NCBI GenBank assembly: GCA_964016885.1
Contig: OZ024742.1
Location: 31,868,001-31,932,000 of the forward strand
Direction of reading: 5' to 3'
Length of the DNA stretch: 64,000 nucleotides
Source: Eledone cirrhosa
Lineage: Eukaryota
Shown here piece by piece: positions 46,101 through 61,100 of the stretch (its first letter is position 1; every line of letters starts with the position of its first letter). Both the position numbers and the translations under genes were made by a program. The notes under the pieces are model-generated. The model ran no database searches, had not been told where the DNA came from, and saw only the letters and a program-made list of their open reading frames with translations.

Positions 46101-49100
46101 TGGTATGTGGACTGTAGTCTCTGGTAACTCAATGTCTTCACTGTTCCAACCTAATATCTGTGGTCTGTGGACTGTAGTCTCTGGTAACTCAATGTCTTCA
46201 CTGTTACTTAACTGTTCCAACCTAATATCTGTGGTCTGTGGACTGTAGTCTCTGGTAACTCAATGTCTTCACTGTTACTTAACTGTTCCAACCTAATATC
46301 TGTGGTATGTGGACTGTGGTCTCTGGTAACTCAATGTCTTCACTGTTACTTAACTGTTCCAACCTAATATCTGTGGTCTGTGGACTGTAGTCTCTGGTAA
46401 CTCAATGTCTTCACTGTTACTTAACTGTTCCTACCTAATATCTGTAATCTGTGGACTGTAGTCTCTGGTAACTCAATGTATTCACTGTTCCAACCTAATA
46501 TCTGTGGTCTGTGGACTGTAGTCTCTGGTAACTCAATGTCTTCACTGTTACTTAACTGTTCCAACCTAATATCTGTGGTATGTGGACTGTAGTCTCTGGT
46601 AACTCAATGTCTTCACTGTTACTTAACTGTTCCTACCTAATATCTGTGGTATGTGGACTGTGGTCTCTGGTAACTCAATGTCTTCACTGTTACTTAACTG
46701 TTCCAACCTAATATCTGTGGTCTGTGGACTGTAGTCTCTGGTAACTCAATGTCTTCACTGTTACTTAACTGTTCCAACCTAATGTCTGTGGTCTGTGGAC
46801 TGTAGTCTCTGGTAACTCAATGTCTTCACTGTTACTTAACTGTTCCAACCTAATATCTGTGATCTGTGGACTGTAGTCTCTGGTAACTCAATGTCTTCAC
46901 TGTTACTTAACTGTTCCTACCTAATATCTGTAATCTGTGGACTGTAGTCTCTGGTAACTCAATGTCTTCACTGTTACTTAACTGTTCCAACCTAATGTCT
47001 GTGGTATGTGGACTGAAGTCTCTGGTAACTCAATGTCTTCACTGTTCCAACCTAATATCTGTGGTCTGTGGTCTGTAGTCTCTGGTAACTCAATGTCTTC
47101 ACTGTTACTTAACTGTTCCAACCTAATATCTGTGGTCTGTGGACTGTAGTCTCTGGTAACTCAATGTCTTCACTGTTACTTAACTGTTCCAACCTAATAT
47201 CTGTGGTCTGTGGACTGTAGTCTCTGGTAACTCAATGTCTTCACTGTTACTTAACTGTTCCAACCTAATATCTGTGGTCTGTGGACTGTAGTCTCTGGTA
47301 ACTCAATGTCTTCACTGTTACTTAACTGTTCCAACCTAATATCTGTGGTATGTGGACTGTAGTCTCTGGTAACTCAATGTCTTCACTGTTACTTAACTGT
47401 TCCAAACTAATGTCTGTGGTATGTGGACTGTAGTCTCTGGTAACTCAATGTCTTCACTGTTACTTAACTGTTCCTACCTAATATCTGTGGTATGTGGACT
47501 GTGGTCTCTGGTAACTCAATGTCTTCACTGTTACTTAACTGTTCCAACCTAATATCTGCGGTCTGTGGACTGTAGTCTCTGGTAACTCAATGTCTTCACT
47601 GTTACTTAACTGTTCCTACCTAATATCTGTGGTCTGTGGACTGTAGTCTCTGGTAACTCAATGTCTTCACTGTTACTTAACTGTTCCAACCTAATATCTG
47701 TGGTCTGTGGACTGTAGTCTCTGGTAACTCAATGTCTTCACTGTTACTTAACTGTTCCTACCTAATATCTGTGGTATGTGGACTGTGGTCTCTGGTAACT
47801 CAATGTCTTCACTGTTCCAACCTAATATCTGCGGTCTGTGGACTGTAGTGTCTGGTAACTCAATGTCTTCACTGTTACTTAACTGTTCCAACCTAATGTC
47901 TGTGGTCTGTGGACTGTAGTCTCTGGTAACTCAATGTCTTCACTGTTACTTAACTGTTCCAACCTAATGTCTGTGGTATGTGGACTGTAGTCTCTGGTAA
48001 CTCAATGTCTTCACTGTTCCAACCTAATATCTGTGGTCTGTGGACTGTAGTCTCTGGTAACTCAATGTCTTCACTGTTACTTAACTGTTCCTACCTAATA
48101 TCTGTAATCTGTGGACTGTAGTCTCTGGTAACTCAATGTCTTCACTGTTACTTAACTGTTCCAACCTAATGTCTGTGGTATGTGGACTGTAGACTCTGGT
48201 AACTCAATGTCTTCACTGTTCCAACCTAATATCTGTGGTCTGTGGACTGTAGTCTCTGGTAACTCAATGTCTTCACTGTTACTTAACTGTTCCAACCTAA
48301 TATCTGTGGTATGTGGACTGTAGTCTCTGGTAACTCAATGTCTTCACTGTTACTTAACTGTTCCTACCTAATATCTGTGGTATGTGGACTGTGGTCTCTG
48401 GTAACTCAATGTCTTCACTGTTACTTAACTGTTCCAACCTAATATCTGTGGTCTGTGGACTGTAGTCTCTGGTAACTCAATGTCTTCACTGTTACTTAAC
48501 TGTTCCAACCTAATGTCTGTGGTCTGTGGACTGTAGTCTCTGGTAACTCAATGTCTTCACTGTTACTTAACTGTTCCTACCTAATATCTGTGGTCTGTGG
48601 ACTGTAGTCTCTGGTAACTCAATGTCTTCACTGTTACTTAACTGTTCCAACCTAATATCTGTGGTCTGTGGACTGTAGTCTCTGGTAACTCAATGTCTTC
48701 ACTGTTACTTAACTGTTCCAACCTAATATCTGTGGTATGTGGACTGTGGTCTCTGGTAACTCAATGTCTTCACTGTTACTTAACTGTTCCAACCTAATAT
48801 CTGTGGTCTGTGGACTGTAGTCTCTGGTAACTCAATGTCTTCACTGTTACTTAACTGTTCCTACCTAATATCTGTAATCTGTGGACTGTAGTCTCTGGTA
48901 ACTCAATGTCTTCACTGTTACTTAACTGTTCCAACCTAATGTCTGTGGTCTGTGGACTGTAGTCTCTGGTAACTCAATGTCTTCACTGTTACTTAACTGT
49001 TCCAACCTAATATCTGTGGTATGTGGACTGTAGTCTCTGGTAACTCAATGTCTTCACTGTTACTTAACTGTTCCTACCTAATATCTGTGGTATGTGGACT

Positions 49101-52100
49101 GTGGTCTCTGGTAACTCAATGTCTTCACTGTTACTTAACTGTTCCAACCTAATATCTGTGGTCTGTGGACTGTAGTCTCTGGTAACTCAATGTCTTCACT
49201 GTTACTTAACTGTTCCAACCTAATGTCTGTGGTCTGTGGACTGTAGTCTCTGGTAACTCAATGTCTTCACTGTTACTTAACTGTTCCAACCTAATATCTG
49301 TGGTCTGTGGACTGTAGTCTCTGGTAACTCAATGTCTTCACTGTTACTTAACTGTTCCTACCTAATATCTGTGGTATGTGGACTGTGGTCTCTGGTAACT
49401 CAATGTCTTCACTGTTACTTAACTGTTCCAACCTAATATCTGTGGTCTGTGGACTGTAGTCTCTGGTAACTCAATGTCTTCACTGTTACTTAACTGTTCC
49501 AACCTAATGTCTGTGGTCTGTGGACTGTAGTCTCTGGTAACTCAATGTCTTCACTGTTACTTAACTGTTCCAACCTAATGTCTGTGGTATGTGGACTGTA
49601 GTCTCTGGTAACTCAATGTCTTCACTGTTCCAACCTAATATCTGTGGTCTGTGGACTGTAGTCTCTGGTAACTCAATGTCTTCACTGTTACTTAACTGTT
49701 CCAACCTAATATCTGTGGTCTGTGGACTGTAGTCTCTGGTAACTCAATGTCTTCACTGTTACTTAACTGTTCCAACCTAATGTCTGTGGTATGTGGACTG
49801 TAGTCTCTGGTAACTCAATGTCTTCACTGTTACTTAACTGTTCCAACCTAATGTCTGTGGTATGTGGACTGTAGTCTCTGGTAACTCAATGTCTTCACTG
49901 TTCCAACCTAATATCTGTGGTCTGTGGACTGTAGTCTCTGGTAACTCAATGTCTTCACTGTTACTTAACTGTTCCAACCTAATATCTGTGGTCTGTGGAC
50001 TGTAGTCTCTGGTAACTCAATGTCTTCACTGTTACTTAACTGTTCCAACCTAATATCTGTGGTATGTGGACTGTGGTCTCTGGTAACTCAATGTCTTCAC
50101 TGTTACTTAACTGTTCCAACCTAATATCTGTTGTCTGTGGACTGTAGTCTCTGGTAACTCAATGTCTTCACTGTTCCTACCTAATATCTGTAATCTGTGG
50201 ACTGTAGTCTCTGGTAACTCAATGTCTTCACTGTTACTTAACTGTTCCAACCTAATATCTGTGGTCTGTGGACTGTAGTCTCTGGTAACTCAATGTCTTC
50301 ACTGTTACTTAACTGTTCCTACCTAATATCTGTAATCTGTGGACTGTAGTCTCTGGTAACTCAATGTCTTCACTGTTACTTAACTGTTCCAACCTAATGT
50401 CTGTGGTATGTGGACTGTAGTCTCTGGTAACTCAATGTCTTCACTGTTCCAACCTAATATCTGTGGTCTGTGGACTGTAGTCTCTGGTAACTCAATGTCT
50501 TCACTGTTACTTAACTGTTCCAACCTAATATCTGTGGTCTGTGGACTGTAGTCTCTGGTAACTCAATGTCTTCACTGTTACTTAACTGTTCCAACCTAAT
50601 GTCTGTGGTCTGTGGACTGTAGTCTCTGGTAACTCAATGTCTTCACTGTTACTTAACTGTTCCAACCTAATATCTGTGGTCTGTGGACTGTAGTCTCTGG
50701 TAACTCAATGTCTTCACTGTTACTTAACTGTTCCTACCTAATATCTGTAATCTGTGGACTGTAGTCTCTGGTAACTCAATGTCTTCACTGTTACTTAACT
50801 GTTCCAACCTAATGTCTGTGGTATGTGGACTGTAGTCTCTGGTAACTCAATGTCTTCACTGTTCCAACCTAATATCTGTGGTCTGTGGACTGTAGTCTCT
50901 GGTAACTCAATGTCTTCACTGTTACTTAACTGTTCCAACCTAATATCTGTGGTCTGTGGACTGTAGTCTCTGGTAACTCAATGTCTTCACTGTTACTTAA
51001 CTGTTCCAACCTAATATCTGTGGTATGTGGACTGTGGTCTCTGGTAACTCAATGTCTTCACTGTTACTTAACTGTTCCAACCTAATATCTGTTGTCTGTG
51101 GACTGTAGTCTCTGGTAACTCAATGTCTTCACTGTTACTTAACTGTTCCTACCTAATATCTGTAATCTGTGGACTGTAGTCTCTGGTAACTCAATGTCTT
51201 CACTGTTACTTAACTGTTCCAACCTAATGTCTGTGGTATGTGGACTGTAGTCTCTGGTAACTCAATGTCTTCACTGTTCCAACCTAATATCTGTGGTCTG
51301 TGGACTGTAGTCTCTGGTAACTCAATGTCTTCACTGTTACTTAACTGTTCCAACCTAATATCTGTGGTCTGTGGACTGTAGTCTCTGGTAACTCAATGTC
51401 TTCACTGTTACTTAACTGTTCCAACCTAATGTCTGTGGTCTGTGGACTGTAGTCTCTGGTAACTCAATGTCTTCACTGTTACTTAACTGTTCCAACCTAA
51501 TATCTGTGGTATGTAGACTGTGGTCTCTGGTAACTCAATGTCTTCACTGTTACTTAACTGTTCCAACCTAATATCTGTGGTCTGTGGACTGTAGTCTTTG
51601 GTAACACAATGTCTTCACTGTTACTTAACTGTTCCTACCTAATATCTGTAATCTGTGGACTGTAGTCTCTGGTAACTCAATGTCTTCACTGTTACTTAAC
51701 TGTTCCAACCTAATGTCTGTGGTATGTGGACTGTAGTCTCTGGTAACTCAATGTCTTCACTGTTCCAACCTAATATCTGTGGTCTGTGGACTGTAGTCTC
51801 TGGTAACTCAATGTCTTCACTGTTACTTAACTGTTCCAACCTAATATCTGTGGTCTGTGGACTGTAGTCTCTGGTAACTCAATGTCTTCACTGTTGCTTA
51901 ACTGTTCCAACCTAATGTCTGTGGTCTGTGGACTGTGGTCTCTGGTAACTCAATGTCTTCACTATTACTTAACTGTTCCAACCTAATATCTGTGGTCTGT
52001 GGACTGTAGTCTCTGGTAACTCAATGTCTTCACTGTTACTTAACTGTTCCAACCTAATGTCTGTGGTATGTGGACTGTGGTCTCTGGTAACTCAATGTCT

Positions 52101-55100
52101 TCACTGTTACTTAACTGTTCCAACCTAATATCTGTGGTCTGTGGACTGTAGTCTCTGGTAACTCAATGTCTTCACTGTTACTTAACTGTTCCAACCTAAT
52201 ATCTGTGGTATGTGGACTGTAGTCTCTGGTAACTCAATGTCTTCACTGTTACTTAACTGTTCCAACCTAATGTCTGTGGTCTGTGGACTGTAGTCTCTGG
52301 TAACTCAATGTCTTCACTGTTACTTAACTGTTCCAACCTAATATCTGTGGTCTGTGGACTGTAGTCTCTGGTAACTCAATGTCTTCACTCTTACTTAACT
52401 GTTCCAACCTAATATCTGTGGTCTGTGGACTGTAGTCTCTGGTAACTCAATGTCTTCACTGTTGCTTAACTGTTCCTACCTAATATCTGTAATCTGTGGA
52501 CTGTAGTCTCTTGTAACTCAATGTCTTCACTGTTACTTAACTGTTCCTACCTAATATCTGTAATCTGTGGACTGTAGTCTCTTGTAACTCAATGTCTTCA
52601 CTGTTACTTAACTGTTCCTACCTAATATCTGTAATCTGTGGACTGTAGTCTCTTGTAACTCAATGTCTTCACTGTTACTTAACTGTTCCAACCTAATGTC
52701 TGTGGTATGTGGACTGTAGTCTCTGGTAACTCAATGTCTTCACTGTTACTTAACTGTTCCAACCTAATATCTGTGGTATGTGGACTGTAGTCTCTTGTAA
52801 CTCAATGTCTTCACTGTTACTTAACTGTTCCAACCTAATATCTGTGGTCTGTGGACTGTAGTCTCTGGTAACTCAATGTCTTCACTGTTGCTTAACTGTT
52901 CCTACCTAATATCTGTAATCTGTGGACTGTAGTCTCTGGTAACTCAATGTCTTCACTGTTACTTAACTGTTCCTACCTAATATCTGTAATCTGTGGACTG
53001 TAGTCTCTTGTAACTCAATGTCTTCACTGTTACTTAACTGTTCCAACCTAATGTCTGTGGTATGTGGACTGTAGTCTCTGGTAACTCAATGTCTTCACTG
53101 TTACTTAACTGTTCCAACCTAATATCTGTGGTATGTGGACTGTAGTCTCTTGTAACTCAATGTCTTCACTGTTACTTAACTGTTCCAACCTAATATCTGT
53201 GGTCTGTGGACTGTAGTCTCTGGTAACTCAATGTCTTCACTGTTGCTTAACTGTTCCTACCTAATATCTGTAATCTGTGGACTGTAGTCTCTGGTAACTC
53301 AATGTCTTCACTGTTACTTAACTGTTCCTACCTAATATCTGTAATCTGTGGACTGTAGTCTCTTGTAACTCAATGTCTTCACTGTTACTTAACTGTTCCA
53401 ACCTAATGTCTGTGGTATGTGGACTGTAGTCTCTGGTAACTCAATGTCTTCACTGTTACTTAACTGTTCCAACCTAATATCTGTGGTCTGTGGACTGTAG
53501 TCTCTGGTAACTCAATGTCTTCACTGTTACTTAACTGTTCCAACCTAATATCTGTGGTCTGTTGACTGTAGTCTCTGGTAACTCAATGTCTTCACTGTTA
53601 CTTAACTGTTCCTACCTAATATCTGTAATCTGTGGACTGTAGTCTCTTGTAACTCAATGTCTTCACTGTTACTTAACTGTTCCAACCTAATGTCTGTGGT
53701 ATGTGGACTGTAGTCTCTGGTAACTCAATGTCTTCACTGTTCCAACCTAATATCTGTGGTCTGTGGACTGTAGTCTCTGGTAACTCAATGTCTTCACTGT
53801 TACTTAACTGTTCCAACCTAATATCTGTGGTCTGTGGACTGTAGTCTCTGGTAACTCAATGTCTTCACTGTTACTTAACTGTTCCAACCTAATATCTGTG
53901 GTATGTGGACTGTGGTCTCTGGTAACTCAATGTCTTCACTGTTACTTAACTGTTCCAACCTAATATCTGTGGTCTGTGGACTGTAGTCTCTGGTAACTCA
54001 ATGTCTTCACTGTTACTTAACTGTTCCTACCTAATATCTGTAATCTGTGGACTGTAGTCTCTGGTAACTCAATGTCTTCACTGTTACTTAACTGTTCCAA
54101 CCTAATGTCTGTGGTATGTGGACTGTAGTCTCTGGTAACTCAATGTCTTCACTGTTCCAACCTAATATCTGTGGTCTGTGGACTGTAGTCTCTGGTAACT
54201 CAATGTCTTCACTGTTACTTAACTGTTCCAACCTAATATCTGTGGTATGTGGACTGTAGTCTCTGGTAACTCAATGTCTTCACTGTTACTTAACTGTTCC
54301 TACCTAATATCTGTGGTATGTGGACTGTGGTCTCTGGTAACTCAATGTCTTCACTGTTACTTAACTGTTCCAACCTAATATCTGTGGTCTGTGGACTGTA
54401 GTCTCTGGTAACTCAATGTCTTCACTGTTACTTAACTGTTCCAACCTAATGTCTGTGGTCTGTGGACTGTAGTCTCTGGTAACTCAATGTCTTCACTGTT
54501 ACTTAACTGTTCCAACCTAATATCTGTGGTCTGTGGACTGTAGTCTCTGGTAACTCAATGTCTTCACTGTTACTTAACTGTTCCTACCTAATATCTGTAA
54601 TCTGTGGACTGTAGTCTCTGGTAACTCAATGTCTTCACTGTTACTTAACTGTTCCAACCTAATGTCTGTGGTATGTGGACTGTAGTCTCTGGTAACTCAA
54701 TGTCTTCACTGTTCCAACCTAATATCTGTGGTCTGTGGACTGTAGTCTCTGGTAACTCAATGTCTTCACTGTTACTTAACTGTTCCAACCTAATATCTGT
54801 GGTCTGTGGACTGTAGTCTCTGGTAACTCAATGTCTTCACTGTTACTTAACTGTTCCAACCTAATATCTGTGGTATGTGGACTGTGGTCTCTGGTAACTC
54901 AATGTCTTCACTGTTACTTAACTGTTCCAACCTAATATCTGTTGTCTGTGGACTGTAGTCTCTGGTAACTCAATGTCTTCACTGTTACTTAACTGTTCCT
55001 ACCTAATATCTGTAATCTGTGGACTGTAGTCTCTTGTAACTCAATGTCTTCACTGTTACTTAACTGTTCCAACCTAATGTCTGTGGTATGTGGACTGTAG

Positions 55101-58100
55101 TCTCTGGTAACTCAATGTCTTCACTGTTCCAACCTAATATCTGTGGTCTGTGGACTGTAGTCTCTGGTAACTCAATGTCTTCACTGTTACTTAACTGTTC
55201 CAACCTAATATCTGTGGTCTGTGGACTGTAGTCTCTGGTAACTCAATGTCTTCACTGTTACTTAACTGTTCCAACCTAATATCTGTGGTATGTGGACTGT
55301 GGTCTCTGGTAACTCAATGTCTTCACTGTTACTTAACTGTTCCAACCTAATATCTGTGGTCTGTGGACTGTAGTCTCTGGTAACTCAATGTCTTCACTGT
55401 TACTTAACTGTTCCTACCTAATATCTGTAATCTGTGGACTGTAGTCTCTGGTAACTCAATGTCTTCACTGTTACTTAACTGTTCCAACCTAATGTCTGTG
55501 GTATGTGGACTGTAGTCTCTGGTAACTCAATGTCTTCACTGTTCCAACCTAATATCTGTGGTCTGTGGACTGTAGTCTCTGGTAACTCAATGTCTTCACT
55601 GTTACTTAACTGTTCCAACCTAATATCTGTGGTATGTGGACTGTAGTCTCTGGTAACTCAATGTCTTCACTGTTACTTAACTGTTCCTACCTAATATCTG
55701 TGGTATGTGGACTGTGGTCTCTGGTAACTCAATGTCTTCACTGTTACTTAACTGTTCCAACCTAATATCTGTGGTCTGTGGACTGTAGTCTCTGGTAACT
55801 CAATGTCTTCACTGTTACTTAACTGTTCCAACCTAATGTCTGTGGTCTGTGGACTGTAGTCTCTGGTAACTCAATGTCTTCACTGTTACTTAACTGTTCC
55901 AACCTAATATCTGTGGTCTGTGGACTGTAGTCTCTGGTAACTCAATGTCTTCACTGTTACTTAACTGTTCCTACCTAATATCTGTAATCTGTGGACTGTA
56001 GTCTCTGGTAACTCAATGTCTTCACTGTTACTTAACTGTTCCAACCTAATGTCTGTGGTATGTGGACTGTAGTCTCTGGTAACTCAATGTCTTCACTGTT
56101 CCAACCTAATATCTGTGGTCTGTGGACTGTAGTCTCTGGTAACTCAATGTCTTCACTGTTACTTAACTGTTCCAACCTAATATCTGTGGTCTGTGGACTG
56201 TAGTCTCTGGTAACTCAATGTCTTCACTGTTACTTAACTGTTCCAACCTAATATCTGTGGTATGTGGACTGTGGTCTCTGGTAACTCAATGTCTTCACTG
56301 TTACTTAACTGTTCCAACCTAATATCTGTTGTCTGTGGACTGTAGTCTCTGGTAACTCAATGTCTTCACTGTTACTTAACTGTTCCTACCTAATATCTGT
56401 AATCTGTGGACTGTAGTCTCTGGTAACTCAATGTCTTCACTGTTACTTAACTGTTCCAACCTAATGTCTGTGGTATGTGGACTGTAGTCTCTGGTAACTC
56501 AATGTCTTCACTGTTCCAACCTAATATCTGTGGTCTGTGGACTGTAGTCTCTGGTAACTCAATGTCTTCACTGTTACTTAACTGTTCCAACCTAATATCT
56601 GTGGTCTGTGGACTGTAGTCTCTGGTAACTCAATGTCTTCACTGTTACTTAACTGTTCCAACCTAATGTCTGTGGTCTGTGGACTGTAGTCTCTGGTAAC
56701 TCAATGTCTTCACTGTTACTTAACTGTTCCAACCTAATATCTGTGGTATGTAGACTGTGGTCTCTGGTAACTCAATGTCTTCACTGTTACTTAACTGTTC
56801 CAACCTAATATCTGTGGTCTGTGGACTGTAGTCTCTGGTAACTCAATGTCTTCACTGTTATTTAACTGTTCCTACCTAATATCTGTAATCTGTGGACTGT
56901 AGTCTCTGGTAACTCAATGTCTTCACTGTTACTTAACTGTTCCAACCTAATGTCTGTGGTATGTGGACTGTAGTCTCTGGTAACTCAATGTCTTCACTGT
57001 TCCAACCTAATATCTGTGGTCTGTGGACTGTAGTCTCTGGTAACTCAATGTCTTCACTGTTACTTAACTGTTCCAACCTAATATCTGTGGTCTGTGGACT
57101 GTAGTCTCTGGTAACTCAATGTCTTCACTGTTACTTAACTGTTCCAACCTAATATCTGTGGTATGTGGACTGTGGTCTCTGGTAACTCAATGTCTTCACT
57201 GTTACTTAACTGTTCCAACCTAATATCTGTGGTCTGTGGACTGTAGTCTCTGGTAACTCAATGTCTTCACTGTTACTTAACTGTTCCTACCTAATATCTG
57301 TAATCTGTGGACTGTAGTCTCTGGTAACTCAATGTCTTCACTGTTACTTAACTGTTCCAACCTAATGTCTGTGGTATGTGGACTGTAGTCTCTGGTAACT
57401 CAATGTCTTCACTGTTCCAACCTAATATCTGTGGTCTGTGGACTGTAGTCTCTGGTAACTCAATGTCTTCACTGTTACTTAACTGTTCCAACCTAATATC
57501 TGTGGTCTGTGGACTGTAGTCTCTGGTAACTCAATGTCTTCACTGTTACTTAACTGTTCCAACCTAATATCTGTGGTATGTGGACTGTACTCTCTGGTAA
57601 CTCAATGTCTTCACTGTTACTTAACTGTTCCAACCTAATGTCTGTGGTATGTGGACTGTAGTCTCTGGTAACTCAATGTCTTCACTGTTACTTAACTGTT
57701 CCAACCTAATATCTGTGGTCTGTGGACTGTAGTCTCTGGTAACTCAATGTCTTCACTGTTACTTAACTGTTCCTACCTAATATCTGTGGTATGTGGACTG
57801 TGGTCTCTGGTAACTCAATGTCTTCACTGTTACTTAACTGTTCCAACCTAATATCTGCGGTCTGTGGACTGTAGTCTCTGGTAACTCAATGTCTTCACTG
57901 TTACTTAACTGTTCCTACCTAATATCTGTGGTATGTGGACTGTGGTCTCTGGTAACTCAATGTCTTCACTGTTACTTAACTGTTCCAACCTAATATCTGC
58001 GGTCTGTGGACTGTAGTGTCTGGTAACTCAATGTCTTCACTGTTACTTAACTGTTCCAACCTAATGTCTGTGGTCTGTGGACTGTAGTCTCTGGTAACTC

Positions 58101-61100
58101 AATGTCTTCACTCTTACTTAACTGTTCCAACCTAATATCTGTGGTCTGTTGACTGTAGTCTCTGGTAACTCAATGTCTTCACTGTTACTTAACTGTTCCT
58201 ACCTAATATCTGTAATCTGTGGACTGTAGTCTCTGGTAACTCAATGTCTTCACTGTTACTTAACTGTTCCAACCTAATGTCTGTGGTATGTGGACTGTAG
58301 TCTCTGGTAACTCAATGTCTTCACTGTTACTTAACTGTTCCAACCTAATATCTGTGGTATGTGGACTGTGGTCTCTGGTAACTCAATGTCTTCACTGTTA
58401 CTTAACTGTTCCAACCTAATATCTGTGGTCTGTGGACTGTAGTCTCTGGTAACTCAATGTCTTCACTGTTACTTAACTGTTACTACCTAATATCTGTAAT
58501 CTGTGGACTGTAGTCTCTGGTAACTCAATGTCTTCACTGTTACTTAACTGTTCCAACCTAATGTCTGTGGTATGTGGACTGTAGTCTCTGGTAACTCAAT
58601 GTCTTCACTGTTCCAACCTAATATCTGTGGTCTGTGGACTGTAGTCTCTGGTAACTCAATGTCTTCACTGTTACTTAACTGTTCCAACCTAATATCTGTG
58701 GTATGTGGACTGTAGTCTCTGGTAACTCAATGTCTTCACTGTTACTTAACTGTTCCTACCTAATATCTGTGGTATGTGGACTGTGGTCTCTGGTAACTCA
58801 ATGTCTTCACTGTTACTTAACTGTTCCAACCTAATATCTGTGGTCTGTGGACTGTAGTCTCTGGTAACTCAATGTCTTCACTGTTACTTAACTGTTCCAA
58901 CCTAATGTCTGTGGTCTGTGGACTGTAGTCTCTGGTAACTCAATGTCTTCACTGTTACTTAACTGTTCCTACCTAATATCTGTAATCTGTGGACTGTAGT
59001 CTCTGGTAACTCAATGTCTTCACTGTTACTTAACTGTTCCAACCTAATGTCTGTGGTATGTGGACTGTAGTCTCTGGTAACTCAATGTCTTCACTGTTCC
59101 AACCTAATATCTGTGGTCTGTGGACTGTAGTCTCTGGTAACTCAATGTCTTCACTGTTACTTAACTGTTCCAACCTAATATCTGTGGTCTGTGGACTGTA
59201 GTCTCTGGTAACTCAATGTCTTCACTGTTACTTAACTGTTCCAACCTAATATCTGTGGTATGTGGACTGTGGTCTCTGGTAACTCATTGTCTTCACTGTT
59301 ACTTAACTGTTCCAACCTAATATCTGTTGTCTGTGGACTGTAGTCTCTGGTAACTCAATGTCTTCACTGTTACTTAACTGTTCCTACCTAATATCTGTAA
59401 TCTGAGGACTGTAGTCTCTGGTAACTCAATGTCTTCACTGTTACTTAACTGTTCCAACCTAATGTCTGTGGTATGTGGACTGTAGTCTCTGGTAACTCAA
59501 TGTCTTCACTGTTCCAACCTAATATCTGTGGTCTGTGGACTGTAGTCTCTGGTAACTCAATGTCTTCACTGTTACTTAACTGTTCCAACCTAATATCTGT
59601 GGTCTGTGGACTGTAGTCTCTGGTAACTCAATGTCTTCACTGTTACTTAACTGTTCCAACCTAATGTCTGTGGTCTGTGGACTGTAGTCTCTGGTAACTC
59701 AATGTCTTCACTGTTACTTAACTGTTCCAACCTAATATCTGTGGTATGTAGACTGTGGTCTCTGGTAACTCAATGTCTTCACTGTTACTTAACTGTTCCA
59801 ACCTAATATCTGTGGTCTGTGGACTGTAGTCTCTGGTAACTCAATGTCTTCACTGTTATTTAACTGTTCCTACCTAATATCTGTAATCTGTGGACTGTAG
59901 TCTCTGGTAACTCAATGTCTTCACTGTTACTTAACTGTTCCAACCTAATGTCTGTGGTATGTGGACTGTAGTCTCTGGTAACTCAATGTCTTCACTGTTC
60001 CAACCTAATATCTGTGGTCTGTGGACTGTAGTCTCTGGTAACTCAATGTCTTCACTGTTACTTAACTGTTCCAACCTAATATCTGTGGTCTGTGGACTGT
60101 AGTCTCTGGTAACTCAATGTCTTCACTGTTACTTAACTGTTCCAACCTAATGTCTGTGGTATGTGGACTGTGGTCTCTGGTAACTCAATGTCTTCACTGT
60201 TACTTAACTGTTCCAACCTAATATCTGTGGTCTGTGGACTGTAGTCTCTGGTAACTCAATGTCTTCACTGTTACTTAACTGTTCCAACCTAATATCTGTG
60301 GTCTGTGGACTGTAGTCTCTGGTAACTCAATGTCTTCACTGTTACTTAACTGTTCCAACCTAATATCTGTGGTATGTGGACTGTACTCTCCGGTAACTCA
60401 ATGTCTTCACTGTTACTTAACTGTTCCAACCTAATGTCTGTGGTATGTGGACTGTAGTCTCTGGTAACTCAATGTCTTCACTGTTACTTAACTGTTCCAA
60501 CCTAATATCTGTGGTCTGTGGACTGTAGTCTCTGGTAACTCAATGTCTTCACTGTTACTTAACTGTTCCTACCTAATATCTGTGGTATGTGGACTGTGGT
60601 CTCTGGTAACTCAATGTCTTCACTGTTACTTAACTGTTCCAACCTAATATCTGCGGTCTGTGGACTGTAGTCTCTGGTAACTCAATGTCTTCACTGTTAC
60701 TTAACTGTTCCAACCTAATGTCTGTGGTCTGTGGACTGTAGTCTCTGGTAACTCAATGTCTTCACTGTTACTTAACTGTTCCAACCTAATATCTGTGGTC
60801 TGTGGACTGTAGTCTCTGGTAACTCAATGTCTTCACTGTTACTTAACTGTTCCTACCTAATATCTGTAATCTGTGGACTGTAGTCTCTGGTAACTCAATG
60901 TCTTCACTGTTACTTAACTGTTCCAACCTAATGTCTGTGGTATGTGGACTGTAGTCTCTGGTAACTCAATGTCTTCACTGTTCCAACCTAATATCTGTGG
61001 TCTGTGGACTGTAGTCTCTGGTAACTCAATGTCTTCACTGTTACTTAACTGTTCCAACCTAATATCTGTGGTCTGTGTACTGTAGTCTCTGGTAACTCAA

